In this document: in pieces, positions 20,414 through 30,054 of the stretch
Position numbering within the stretch: position 1 is the stretch's first letter
Layout: every line of letters starts with the position of its first letter
NCBI GenBank assembly: GCA_038042445.1
Contig: JBBTED010000087.1
Location: 1-55,773, forward strand
Reading direction: 5' to 3'
DNA from: Candidatus Firestoneibacteriota bacterium
GTDB lineage: Bacteria > Oederibacteriota > D2-FULL-39-29 > JBBTED01
DNA length: 55,773 bases
Translations under genes and position numbers: made by a program
The notes under the pieces: generated by a model
Told to the model about the DNA's origin: nothing
The model's database searches: none
Seen by the model: only the letters and a program-made list of their open reading frames with translations

Positions 20414-23352
20414 TTAAGAACTTCATGAATTAGATTTTGCGTCTCGTGAATATCCTGTATTTCGAGAATTGCCCATTTCCCAAATTTATTCATATTATTT
20501 ACAGCTGGAATCCACATTTCACGTGCAGTTTTTACTTTCATTGTTTTTTTGTCATCTTTTTTACCTGTAACTTCAATAATAAGACTTAAAATAGATTTGT
20601 CTGGCATTTCAGTTTTAACAATAAAATCAGGAAGATAATGATGCGATACTCCCTGATGTTCATAAGGAATAGTAAATCCTAAATTCTGGTTTTTAACATA
20701 CGTCAACACCTCAGGCATTTGCTCCAATCTTTTGGCAACACCTTGTTCCCATTCTTCTGTATCTGCTACCATATAATTCACATGACTTTTTACGGTTTCC
20801 TGCACATCTTTAGTAGTTAAAAAATCAACATAACGAGTAGAACCAATCGTATCATACGGAGCAAGAATTGGTAAAAGTTTTTTATCTTTTTGATTTTTGA
20901 TGTTCTCAATTACAACTGCCTGCTGAATTTTGGTAAGAGCTCCTGAAAAATATTCTCCCACTGAAAGATAGCCTATTACCATACGGTCTTTCAATACCAC
21001 ATAGTTTTTAACATATTCTTCTGCAATCCGTTTAAGTTGTGGAAAAAGCCAATATTTTTCCGAACCGTCGGCATCAGTGTAATAACGTTTCAGAAGTGCT
21101 TGTGTAAGACGCACAACTACTTCGCCCTCACGACGTTCTTTTATCTTTACCATTTTCTCTTTTTCTTCTTTACCAATCACTCCACTCAGAATTATCTCAG
21201 TGGGTTCGTTTTCTATTATTGTTTTAGATTCTTCGGTAAATTTTGCTGTAAGTTTATCTTCTTTTAGTTCATAACGATATCCTTCAACACGTGGATAAGT
21301 AATTTCATATTGTTCACGTTCAGGTAATGCGTGAACACGATGGAAAACTTTCGGCGGTTGAGGTGAAATGTCACCCTCTGCTTTTAAGAAGTTAAACGGA
21401 ACACCATACACCTCTGCGTATTCAGGTGTCATAAAACCAGTTGATTTGTCAACACTGTAATCAATACGTCTTAATGCTCTACCTACAACCTGTTCACAAA
21501 GCAGTTGAGTAGAAAAAGCCCTAACACCTAATATATGGGTAACAGTATTTACATCCCACCCTTCTGTAAGCATAGAAACTGAAACAACGCATTTGATATT
21601 TTCACCAAGTTTACCTTGTTTGCCTACTGTATTCATAACTTCACGTAACAATTCTTCATCTGTTGGTTCTGTTCTACCCTGGAAACGACGACGATATTCT
21701 TTGTGAAAATCGTCTATTTCTTTGGCAAAAATTCTTTTAAACTCATCACTTATTTTCTCTCCACTTTCAATTTGAGCACTATCAATAAGCAAAGTATTTG
21801 GACGGTCAAAAAAACGCACACCATCTTCATTACGAAATATTTCTATATTGCCTTTCTCAATTTTAATCTTACCGTTTGGAGTCTCAACCTCATACCCTGC
21901 TATCCAACGATACACCAATTCTGAAACTGTAGTATTGTTGCATACCACAATCATTACAGGAGGCATCACTGCTGGATTATTTTTCTTTTGGGTTTCGTAT
22001 TCGCGATAGTATCGTTCATAACTACCATAAAGAGATTCCAAAGCTTCTTGCAATTTTGTTGGTAAATTTAATACTGAAAGATTATAATCCCCTGTTTTTA
22101 ATCCTTTTTTCGGAAGATTCTCGCGAACATAAAGCCATAGATTACGAAACTCAGGTTCATCATCTTTAGAAATAGTATCTGATTCAATTGGCAAACGAGG
22201 AATCTTTACAATACCACACTCCAAAGCATCTAAAAGAGAAAAATCGTAAAGTGTCCAGGGGAATAAGGTGCCTTCTTGATAACCAGAGCCACGCAAAAAA
22301 TATGGAGTAGCAGAAAGATCTATAATTCCATTTATGCCAATTTTTTTAGAAAATGATTCTAACCCACTAATCCAAACACGAGCTGCCCTGTTATTTTCAT
22401 CTGCCTCTTTTCTATCTTCACCAGACAATTTCTCTGTAACAGGTTTTTCACGATAACAATGGTGAGCTTCATCATTAATAACTAAAACACGTGGTTTATT
22501 GAGAATACTTTTAAATACCCTGTTTATCATTGTATTAGCTGTTTCTTTTACCGCCTCATCTTTAATTATACCAGATGCTTTCATAACTGCTCCAACTTGG
22601 AAACGAGAATTTTGACGTAATTCTAATTGATGAAAATTTGTTATAAAAACAACTGCTTGTTGAATAAGTTCAAAATCCTGATGTGAAACAACCCCATGCT
22701 TTAAATAATAGTTATTAGGATCATTTGGCAATAAAACATTAAGACGATCGCGAATAGTAATACCGGGAGTGATAACAACAAAAGCATCGGTAAAACGAAT
22801 GTCTTGCGGATAATGAATTTTGTTTAACGTGTGATAAGCAATAATCATTGCCATCACCACAGTTTTTCCAGAACCTGTGGCCATTTTAAAAGCTAATCTA
22901 TACAAAACAGGATTTGCATCTAAATTTGCTTTTTTGAGTTCATTGAGTATCCAATTTTCTCCAGATTTTTCTGCAATTTCATTAACATACATTAGTGTTT
23001 CAAGAGCTTCTATCTGGCAGAAAAATAATTTGTTCTCCCTGGTTTCATCATTCCAATAAAAAAGTAGATTCCGAGATATCTTCGTTAATCCTTGGTAACC
23101 ATTTTTGCGCCACTCGTTAATTTTAACACGGACTTTATTAATAAATTCGTTTTCTTTCTGAAGTTCAGTACCAAAAGCACCTTCAGCAATATTCAAATCT
23201 AATTGCTTCTGTTTAGCCTTTGCTCGCGGAACAGGAATATAAAAACTACTAGGCCTTCTATATTCAAGAATATGATTTGTTATCCCTTTTTCATCCGATT
23301 TAAAATGTTTGCATGGTTCTTTATATGGTGAATTAAGTATTGGATTATTCAT
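20407..23352 (-). CDS. res: Type III restriction endonuclease/helicase subunit
   Basis: PILNSPY, FFCQIEA, KMATGSGKT, INDEAHH, LSATP, MLTEGWD, EQVVGRALRR; C-terminal nuclease YLPDF..IIEVTG. Confidence 0.88.
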   Translation of the reverse strand: MNNPILNSPYKEPCKHFKSDEKGITNHILEYRRPSSFYIPVPRAKAKQKQLDLNIAEGAFGTELQKENEFINKVRVKINEWRKNGYQGLTKISRNLLFYWNDETRENKLFFCQIEALETLMYVNEIAEKSGENWILNELKKANLDANPVLYRLAFKMATGSGKTVVMAMIIAYHTLNKIHYPQDIRFTDAFVVITPGITIRDRLNVLLPNDPNNYYLKHGVVSHQDFELIQQAVVFITNFHQLELRQNSRFQVGAVMKASGIIKDEAVKETANTMINRVFKSILNKPRVLVINDEAHHCYREKPVTEKLSGEDRKEADENNRAARVWISGLESFSKKIGINGIIDLSATPYFLRGSGYQEGTLFPWTLYDFSLLDALECGIVKIPRLPIESDTISKDDEPEFRNLWLYVRENLPKKGLKTGDYNLSVLNLPTKLQEALESLYGSYERYYREYETQKKNNPAVMPPVMIVVCNNTTVSELVYRWIAGYEVETPNGKIKIEKGNIEIFRNEDGVRFFDRPNTLLIDSAQIESGEKISDEFKRIFAKEIDDFHKEYRRRFQGRTEPTDEELLREVMNTVGKQGKLGENIKCVVSVSMLTEGWDVNTVTHILGVRAFSTQLLCEQVVGRALRRIDYSVDKSTGFMTPEYAEVYGVPFNFLKAEGDISPQPPKVFHRVHALPEREQYEITYPRVEGYRYELKEDKLTAKFTEESKTIIENEPTEIILSGVIGKEEKEKMVKIKERREGEVVVRLTQALLKRYYTDADGSEKYWLFPQLKRIAEEYVKNYVVLKDRMVIGYLSVGEYFSGALTKIQQAVVIENIKNQKDKKLLPILAPYDTIGSTRYVDFLTTKDVQETVKSHVNYMVADTEEWEQGVAKRLEQMPEVLTYVKNQNLGFTIPYEHQGVSHHYLPDFIVKTEMPDKSILSLIIEVTGKKDDKKTMKVKTAREMWIPAVNNMNKFGKWAILEIQDIHETQNLIHEVLKF

Positions 23353-23436
23353 AATTTCCTGTTTTAACCTTAATTTCTGAAATAATATTATCTCTAATTA
23401 TTGTTTTTAACATAATATCACTTTATTTTTTCATTA

Positions 23437-23517
23437 GCAAGGCTAAAGCCTTGCCCTACGTAAAACCTATGATTTATTACATCTGTATACTTAAAACGCT
23501 GATAAATCAGCAACTAC
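23437..23517 (-). repeat. Two GTAG-family REPs at the R-M island border
   Basis: Minus strand GTAGG-GCAAGGC-TTTA-GCCTTGC (23437-23459) and GTAGTT-GCTGAT-TT-ATCAGC (23498-23517). Confidence 0.7.
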
Positions 23518-23523
23518 ATACTT

Positions 23524-24303
23524 TCACAAATCACGGGCTAGGGTTAAGACATTGACTTCTTTGGCGCCTGACTCTGTTAGGACTCTGGCGCATTCGTTTA
23601 TTGTGGCGCCTGTTGTCATAATATCGTCTATTAAAAGAATTGATTTGTCTGTAATATTGTTTTTTGTAGTATCAACTATGAATGCATCTTTTATATTCTC
23701 AAATCTTTCATTTCGTTTTAAGCCTACTTGCGATTGTGTTTGTTTTGATCTTTTTAAGATATTCTTGTGCATAGGTAGATTAAATTTGTCTTTCAAAAAA
23801 CTTGCAAGTATCTCAGATTGATTATAATCCCGTTCTTGTAATCTGGATTTATGAAGAGGCACTGGAATAATTATATCAATATCTACCATAATATTTTCTC
23901 TTTGTGCATAATTTACCAAAATTTCTCCAAAATGTTTGCCAAGACTTCTTTTGTTTTTATATTTAAACAAATGAATTGCTTCACGTAAAACACCTTCATA
24001 AATTCCTGCAGAACGTGCACATTTAAAATAGAATGTGTTTTTGCTTTGTTTACATTCCAAGCAAAAATCAGATTGTTTCGTTTTTGCCGATGAATCGGCA
24101 ACTACATCACCCGCAATGACAGGTGCGAGAGAGTTTCTAAATGCATTAAACGGTTTGCCGCAACGTTTACATACAGGTGGAAAAATAAATTTAATCTGAT
24201 TCCAGCATTCTGCACATAAGCAGGAATATCTACTTTTTTCTAATGGCTTATCACAAACTTTGCAATTAACAGGAAAAATTATATCAAAAATTTCCCGAAT
24301 CAT
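23524..24303 (-). CDS. comF: ComF family protein (double zinc ribbon + PRTase)
   Basis: CKVC..CAEC..CKRCG..CLEC; IPVPLH..R..ER.YNQ; LLIDDIMTTGAT. Confidence 0.9.
   Translation of the reverse strand: MIREIFDIIFPVNCKVCDKPLEKSRYSCLCAECWNQIKFIFPPVCKRCGKPFNAFRNSLAPVIAGDVVADSSAKTKQSDFCLECKQSKNTFYFKCARSAGIYEGVLREAIHLFKYKNKRSLGKHFGEILVNYAQRENIMVDIDIIIPVPLHKSRLQERDYNQSEILASFLKDKFNLPMHKNILKRSKQTQSQVGLKRNERFENIKDAFIVDTTKNNITDKSILLIDDIMTTGATINECARVLTESGAKEVNVLTLARDL
24070..24121 (-). repeat. Composite palindromic repeat in frame inside comF
   Basis: Minus strand TGTCATTGCG..[TGTAGTTGCCGATTCATCGGCA]..CGAAACAATCT, encoding VIAGDVVADSSAKTKQS. Confidence 0.7.
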
Positions 24304-24816
24304 TTAAGCCCATTTTTCATAACATATTATCTCCTCAAGATTTTTCCTTGAAGTAGGAACAGGTTGATGTGCAGGATACCCAATAGGCAATAAAACAACA
24401 ACTGCTACAGCATCTGGTATTTGAAGTATTTTTTTAACATCTGGTTCATTAAATGAACCTATCCAACAAGTTCCAAGCCCTTCTTCTACTGCTTTTAAAG
24501 TCATATGGTCTATTGCAATTGCTAAATCTATAGGACAGGTAAATTGTCCACCACGCATTTTTCTTGTTGGATTTGTACCACAAGCAATAATAACAACAGG
24601 TGCCTCGCCAATAAAATTTTGATTTCTGGCTGCAGCTGCTAATTCTTTACGTGTATTTTTATCGTGCACAACTATAAATTTTAAGTCTTGCTTATTTGAA
24701 GCAGATGGAGATAATCTTGCTGCATTCAAAACTAATTTTAGTTTTTCTTCTTCTACATCTTTATCTTTATATGCCCTTATACTTCTTCTGCTTTCTATTG
24801 CTTCCATTACGGTCAT
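24304..24816 (-). CDS. Nitroreductase family protein
   Basis: AIESRRSIRAY, AARLSPSASNKQ, GLGTCWIG, LPIGYP. Confidence 0.92.
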   Translation of the reverse strand: MTVMEAIESRRSIRAYKDKDVEEEKLKLVLNAARLSPSASNKQDLKFIVVHDKNTRKELAAAARNQNFIGEAPVVIIACGTNPTRKMRGGQFTCPIDLAIAIDHMTLKAVEEGLGTCWIGSFNEPDVKKILQIPDAVAVVVLLPIGYPAHQPVPTSRKNLEEIICYEKWA

Positions 24817-24832
24817 AATTTATCTCCTCTTT

Positions 24833-24864
24833 AATTCCCCCTACCCCCCTTTAATAAAGGGGGT
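24833..24864. repeat. CCCCCTTT-AAT-AAAGGGGG hairpin repeat
   Basis: Near-identical to 46614-46646. Confidence 0.75.
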
Positions 24865-24880
24865 GAAAGAATTTAGTTTT

Positions 24881-27800
24881 TTAAAATGTTGCGTTTACTT
24901 TCACAAGTGCATTATAAGATTGATAATTGCTTCCTATTTTTAAACGATCATTGAATACATTATAAGTAAAATCAAAATTCATTCTTATATTTTTGGCAAA
25001 ATTATATTCCAAACCAATTCCTGCATTATATGATTCAGTTGAAACATTACTAGTAGCATTATTACCTGTATTTCGTGTTATTGTAACACTAAATTTGTAA
25101 TTAAATCTCATTGCTTGCTCTATTCTAAATTCACCGCCACCTAAAAACCATTTTGGTAATTTTAATGGATGGTCAAAAGATATTGTATGATAAAATTCTA
25201 TTGATGGCGTATAATTTTTGTTTTTGAATATATTACTTCCTTCTTCTTTATCCTCAAAATTAGCAGTAAATCCTAATGTTCCATTAAAATTATCATAAGG
25301 TTTAAATGGCAATGCAAATTTACCGTTATTACTGTATGATACAGAACTTACTGCATCTTTTGCATCCTTTCTGATAATTCTTTTCCAATCGTATCCCAAA
25401 TTAACAGCACTAGGATTTAACCAACTTCTAAAAAAAGGAGGTTCATCCAATACAAAATCACTTCCTGCTGAAACAACATTTGTCTTTGTAACTTGTTGAG
25501 GCGCACTCATATTTCTTTCATTACTTGTACTTCCTCTTGGAGTAAATGTCATTTTTGAAAATATTTTAAAACGCGAGTTAAGAGAATCCGTAATAATCTG
25601 TGAAGCTATTTGTGCTATGTCTTCTCTTGGCCAGGCAAGCCATATATCAAGAAACCTTAATTTTTCATAAGTAGTTGGTTCCTTCGAATCTTTAGGCTTT
25701 GTATATTCAGCGTATACAGCATTACCCGTTACTCTATGTGAATAATTTATAGTTGGAGATGACTCTTCAAGTGCATTCCACCATTCTGCAAACCTTAATT
25801 CTCCTGCACCTTCTAAGGAACTATCTGGGCGTAATTCATCACGTGGAAAATCACGACTAACTTTTCCTGCAAATGTACCTTTTGGCGTAATACCTGGTAT
25901 ACCTGAATAAATAAGTGTTAATCCCGCCCCATGGTCAAGCGCCTGTGGTTCAAAATTTTCTGAAAAAGGTGAAGATTCTAAAGATGGATTATATGCATAT
26001 AGATTTCCTCTTTTATCTAAAAACCTGTAACTATAGTTTGGACTAAAAGTCAACTTTGAAAATGGCTCATATCCACCTGTATATTTATAATTTTGCTCAC
26101 GTGACACACTATAAGTATCTCGATTTTTCTGTTCAACATGCTTACTTGCGTCTTCAGTATATCTGAATTGCGCATCAAAATCATTTTTCCCAAGAAATTC
26201 AAGGGCATAAGTTACTTTTGGTGCCAATCCATAAGAAGTATTAAACGTATCATCCAAAGTTGTAGGCCTTTGTGGTAGATAATATAAACTTTCACGTTTA
26301 TAATTACCATCAACATTTAAATTAAAAGGACTTAAGTATAAAAAACCAAGTGTGCCATTATAATTGTCTGCAAGTTTATCTGGATATGAAAAATAATTTG
26401 GATCAATTTTGTCCGGTTCATCAGTTAATAACTGTTCTCTTCCCCAACCAAGTGTCATAGGCAAAAAATCAATCGGCTTAACAGCAGATGTAATACCAAG
26501 ATTTCTTGTTGTCTGACGCACACTCAAATAAGTTTGCGTAGAAGCTAATGCCTGATTTGTACTTGAGTCTTCAAATAATTTAAACCTGCTGTCAACCTGG
26601 CGATAATTTGAATCAACAGACAATACATCTCCAAAACTTATACCACCTGATACTCTACGTGCCAACCCATTCATACTTTCCATATCTGTTACCCGCAAGT
26701 TATTCACCCATATTTCACCATTACTTCCACCACTTAGGACACCAATAGATATTTTCATAACATTATTTATATATGGTGTTCCAACTGTTTTTCTTATTCC
26801 AGAAGAACCATCTAATGTTAAAACTACTGTTTGCCAATCAGCTTCAACTTTATCAAGTGAATATTCATATTGATAGTAATTATTATCATCAGCGCCTAAT
26901 CTCACAAATATAGTGTCACCTGCAAAGGTATTTCTTTTAAAAACATCAAATCTTAAGGAATTGTATTCTACATAACTTTGTGGACGCATAAATGTTCTGT
27001 AAGCATAAAACTGTTCGTCACTATTAGAATAAGTAATGTCTAATGATTGTTCACGTCTACGTTCAGTTTCTGTTTCAACTCTATAAAAAGTACCTGTACC
27101 TGCTAATGGCTGATAATTCGGGTCAATATCATAACTTATACTTCTAACATTAAAACGTTCAGGTTTAGTCTCATCTTTTAATTCCCATTTATTTCCGCTT
27201 ACTTGTATGGACTCAATTGTAACTTTACCGGATAATTTGTTTTCATTCTTCAAAGCCAATCTTATGTGTTTTATCAATGATCTATCAGATGGTAATACGG
27301 CTCCTGTAGCACTTCCATCAGACAAAGGAATCTTTATAAGCTTCCACTCGCCCAAATCAGAAGCAATATATTTTGGATTAATAGATGCAGTATTAAATGA
27401 ATATCTGTAATAGCTATCTGTAACATCCAATTTTCCATTATTATCCATATCTTCTGTATCAAAACGATTATTATTTGCTCCAACTATTTTGTCTTCACCT
27501 GCAAAATTCATATTTAAACCAGTATCTTCCCCTGGATTTAATGATCCATCATTATTTTTATCTTCTGTATCAAGTAAACTATTTCCATTTATATCTTCAC
27601 TTATCACACCTAAATCAATATTAACATCTACAGATTTATTCCAGTCAGCCTTCATCCAAACTTCCAGAAATTTATATCTTGTATAATCCTGTCCACTTGT
27701 TGAAATCGAGTAACGTATAGCATCCCAAGTTCCATAAGCAAAATTGTATTCTATGTTAAATAACTGACGTCTTACTGCTCTTTCACTTAAATCATGACCA

Positions 27801-30052
27801 TAATCTTCCTCATTATATATATAAATTTGACCTGTCCTGTTTGTTCGCTCTATTCCAACCCCTGAAGGCTGACTTGCAGGAAACCAGCTATAATCAGCAT
27901 TTGCCATAGAAACTATGTTATCTGTTCCTTCCATTGAATCTACCATTGCAACAGCTTTCTCTCCATTATCAGGATCATAAGTGTTAGGATTATATGTACT
28001 TTTTGCAATTTCACCTGAAAACCTTAATTCTGTAGGAGCAATTGCATCAGGCAAAGGGAAAATCGTCTGAATATCATCCTTATCAAATTTAATTTTTGCA
28101 TCACCATCAACAATATTTAAACTTGTAGGTGTCGCTCCAATATTTGGAACTTCAAGTGGCTGCTGACCTCCACTATAAAGATATGTTGACCCAAATGAAA
28201 TGTTTTCAGTAAAATCATACGTACCACGAATTCCAAAAATATTACTCTGCACACCAGCGCCAAATGGAGTATATTCATAAGTTATTGTTATTTCTGTCTT
28301 ATCCGTTATTTTGTCTTCATTAAAAAACAGCAAAAATCCTGACTCATAATCTACTGTATAATCTACATCACGCATAAGCAATTTCCCATCCATTGTTACT
28401 TTTTCACTTTTTTTCACAATATTAAAATCAGGTAGATTATAAGTCCTGAATTTATATTTATATTCAATATGTATTTTATACTTGGAAATAATATTATTTA
28501 TTGTATAGGCATCCGGATCATCTGCATCAAATGGTTTATTTTTATAAAATTTTAATATGCCAAAATCTATATCTATTGTATAAGGATAATTTGCAACATC
28601 CATTTCCTGGTTATTAGCTAAACTAGATATTTTTAATTGAAAATCAGGGTCGTATTCTTTTGGCAATATTTTTTTGTTACCAAGATAATAATAATTCTGC
28701 AATTGGTGAGACGTATCTTTTGTATCTTTTTGAATAACATGAGTAGTTATATTATCACTAAAATCAAATGTTCCATCAGACAAATATCCCACTTGCCCAC
28801 CTGCATATTTATAACCAACAACTATAACATAGTTTGAACTTATAGATTTATTAAAAGTAATTGTTCCTGTATTGTAATCAATAGTATAATCTGTGCCGGG
28901 ATGGAAATAATTAAATGAATACAAACCTGCCGTTGATGTTTTCTGAGTATACAAAGTTGGATCAGTTCCTCTGCCAAAAGGTGGATAATTATTATCCAAT
29001 CCATTTTGGTTGTCCACCCAAACTTGCTCAGAACCAGCAGTTATTGGCAAATGAGAAGAATCCATATAAATTGTATAATACTTATTTTTCACATAACTTA
29101 TATCCTGAATATCTGTTTTTACCTGTGTATATCCTCCTTTAAATGCAACTGTTTTAGCTTTACCTTTTGTCTGCGCGCCTATAGCAGTTAACCCAAATTT
29201 TTTGTATTTTGCTCTAATTTCTGCACCAAAAATCTCTTTATTGTAACCTGTAAATTCTGTATTAGGCAAAGTAAGAGTAACATCTCCGAATTTGGCTTCT
29301 TGTATTAATTCTTCTTCCTTACCTTTATATGAAACCCCAATATCTCTCTGTTGTTCTTTAGTATCATCATAATCAACATTCACAGTAACACGTTTTCCAA
29401 CATTCCCGGACAATCGCACCTGCAATTCCTGTTCTAAAGCAAATCCGCCGGCAACAGGAGGAGCAGCAGCAGAAGAAGGAGCTGCTCCTCCTGGACCTCC
29501 TGTTGGCCTATCTGCAGAATAATTTGTTTGCCCATATTTTAAAGTAACTCCTTTTCTACCGGATATTTCAAGCCGTGATTCTAATGGCAAAGTTAAGCCC
29601 AGAATTCCTGATTCAGGAGGTGCAGGTGCTAATGCAGGAGTTAAAGCATAAGCCCCTGGTTTTGTTAATATTTCAGATGGAAGTGGTAAAATTGCTCTTT
29701 CTTTTCCTTTTGAACCAGAAACTCCTATTTTTATTGCAGGTTCCTCTTCTAAAATTGGACGCATCTTCAAACCTGGTCTATTTACAGATACTTTATCTGT
29801 AAAAACCACATCACTTGATATATCCTGCCCAATTTTTTCCGGCAGTAATAAATTAGGAATAGTAGTTTGCCCTGATAAAAATTCTGTTCTCGCCTTTTTA
29901 ATACTTCCAGTATTCCCTTCGGTCACTATTTTATCTGAAGGCTGTATTTGTTCCTTAAATCTAGAAGTTGAAAATGTAAAACTTGGCATAAGAAACAACA
30001 CAACGAAGTGGCAAGTTATTGCTATAAGCAAAATAAGTAAAGTTTTTTTCAT
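24881..30052 (-). CDS. Giant outer-membrane beta-barrel protein, SprA (T9SS translocon)-like
   Basis: Probable start MKKTLLILL at 30052 (signal peptide; upstream gene stops at 30055). Blocks resemble SprA: EQELQVRLSGNVG..VDYDD..YKGKEEELIQEAKFGDVTLTL and DYTVDYESG..ITYE..FG.R..Y.F. Also Asp-rich DxNxNGxLD loops, an amphipathic beta-rich C-terminal half, and a terminal Phe. Confidence 0.7.
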   Translation of the reverse strand: MKKTLLILLIAITCHFVVLFLMPSFTFSTSRFKEQIQPSDKIVTEGNTGSIKKARTEFLSGQTTIPNLLLPEKIGQDISSDVVFTDKVSVNRPGLKMRPILEEEPAIKIGVSGSKGKERAILPLPSEILTKPGAYALTPALAPAPPESGILGLTLPLESRLEISGRKGVTLKYGQTNYSADRPTGGPGGAAPSSAAAPPVAGGFALEQELQVRLSGNVGKRVTVNVDYDDTKEQQRDIGVSYKGKEEELIQEAKFGDVTLTLPNTEFTGYNKEIFGAEIRAKYKKFGLTAIGAQTKGKAKTVAFKGGYTQVKTDIQDISYVKNKYYTIYMDSSHLPITAGSEQVWVDNQNGLDNNYPPFGRGTDPTLYTQKTSTAGLYSFNYFHPGTDYTIDYNTGTITFNKSISSNYVIVVGYKYAGGQVGYLSDGTFDFSDNITTHVIQKDTKDTSHQLQNYYYLGNKKILPKEYDPDFQLKISSLANNQEMDVANYPYTIDIDFGILKFYKNKPFDADDPDAYTINNIISKYKIHIEYKYKFRTYNLPDFNIVKKSEKVTMDGKLLMRDVDYTVDYESGFLLFFNEDKITDKTEITITYEYTPFGAGVQSNIFGIRGTYDFTENISFGSTYLYSGGQQPLEVPNIGATPTSLNIVDGDAKIKFDKDDIQTIFPLPDAIAPTELRFSGEIAKSTYNPNTYDPDNGEKAVAMVDSMEGTDNIVSMANADYSWFPASQPSGVGIERTNRTGQIYIYNEEDYGHDLSERAVRRQLFNIEYNFAYGTWDAIRYSISTSGQDYTRYKFLEVWMKADWNKSVDVNIDLGVISEDINGNSLLDTEDKNNDGSLNPGEDTGLNMNFAGEDKIVGANNNRFDTEDMDNNGKLDVTDSYYRYSFNTASINPKYIASDLGEWKLIKIPLSDGSATGAVLPSDRSLIKHIRLALKNENKLSGKVTIESIQVSGNKWELKDETKPERFNVRSISYDIDPNYQPLAGTGTFYRVETETERRREQSLDITYSNSDEQFYAYRTFMRPQSYVEYNSLRFDVFKRNTFAGDTIFVRLGADDNNYYQYEYSLDKVEADWQTVVLTLDGSSGIRKTVGTPYINNVMKISIGVLSGGSNGEIWVNNLRVTDMESMNGLARRVSGGISFGDVLSVDSNYRQVDSRFKLFEDSSTNQALASTQTYLSVRQTTRNLGITSAVKPIDFLPMTLGWGREQLLTDEPDKIDPNYFSYPDKLADNYNGTLGFLYLSPFNLNVDGNYKRESLYYLPQRPTTLDDTFNTSYGLAPKVTYALEFLGKNDFDAQFRYTEDASKHVEQKNRDTYSVSREQNYKYTGGYEPFSKLTFSPNYSYRFLDKRGNLYAYNPSLESSPFSENFEPQALDHGAGLTLIYSGIPGITPKGTFAGKVSRDFPRDELRPDSSLEGAGELRFAEWWNALEESSPTINYSHRVTGNAVYAEYTKPKDSKEPTTYEKLRFLDIWLAWPREDIAQIASQIITDSLNSRFKIFSKMTFTPRGSTSNERNMSAPQQVTKTNVVSAGSDFVLDEPPFFRSWLNPSAVNLGYDWKRIIRKDAKDAVSSVSYSNNGKFALPFKPYDNFNGTLGFTANFEDKEEGSNIFKNKNYTPSIEFYHTISFDHPLKLPKWFLGGGEFRIEQAMRFNYKFSVTITRNTGNNATSNVSTESYNAGIGLEYNFAKNIRMNFDFTYNVFNDRLKIGSNYQSYNALVKVNATF

Positions 30053-30054
30053 AG

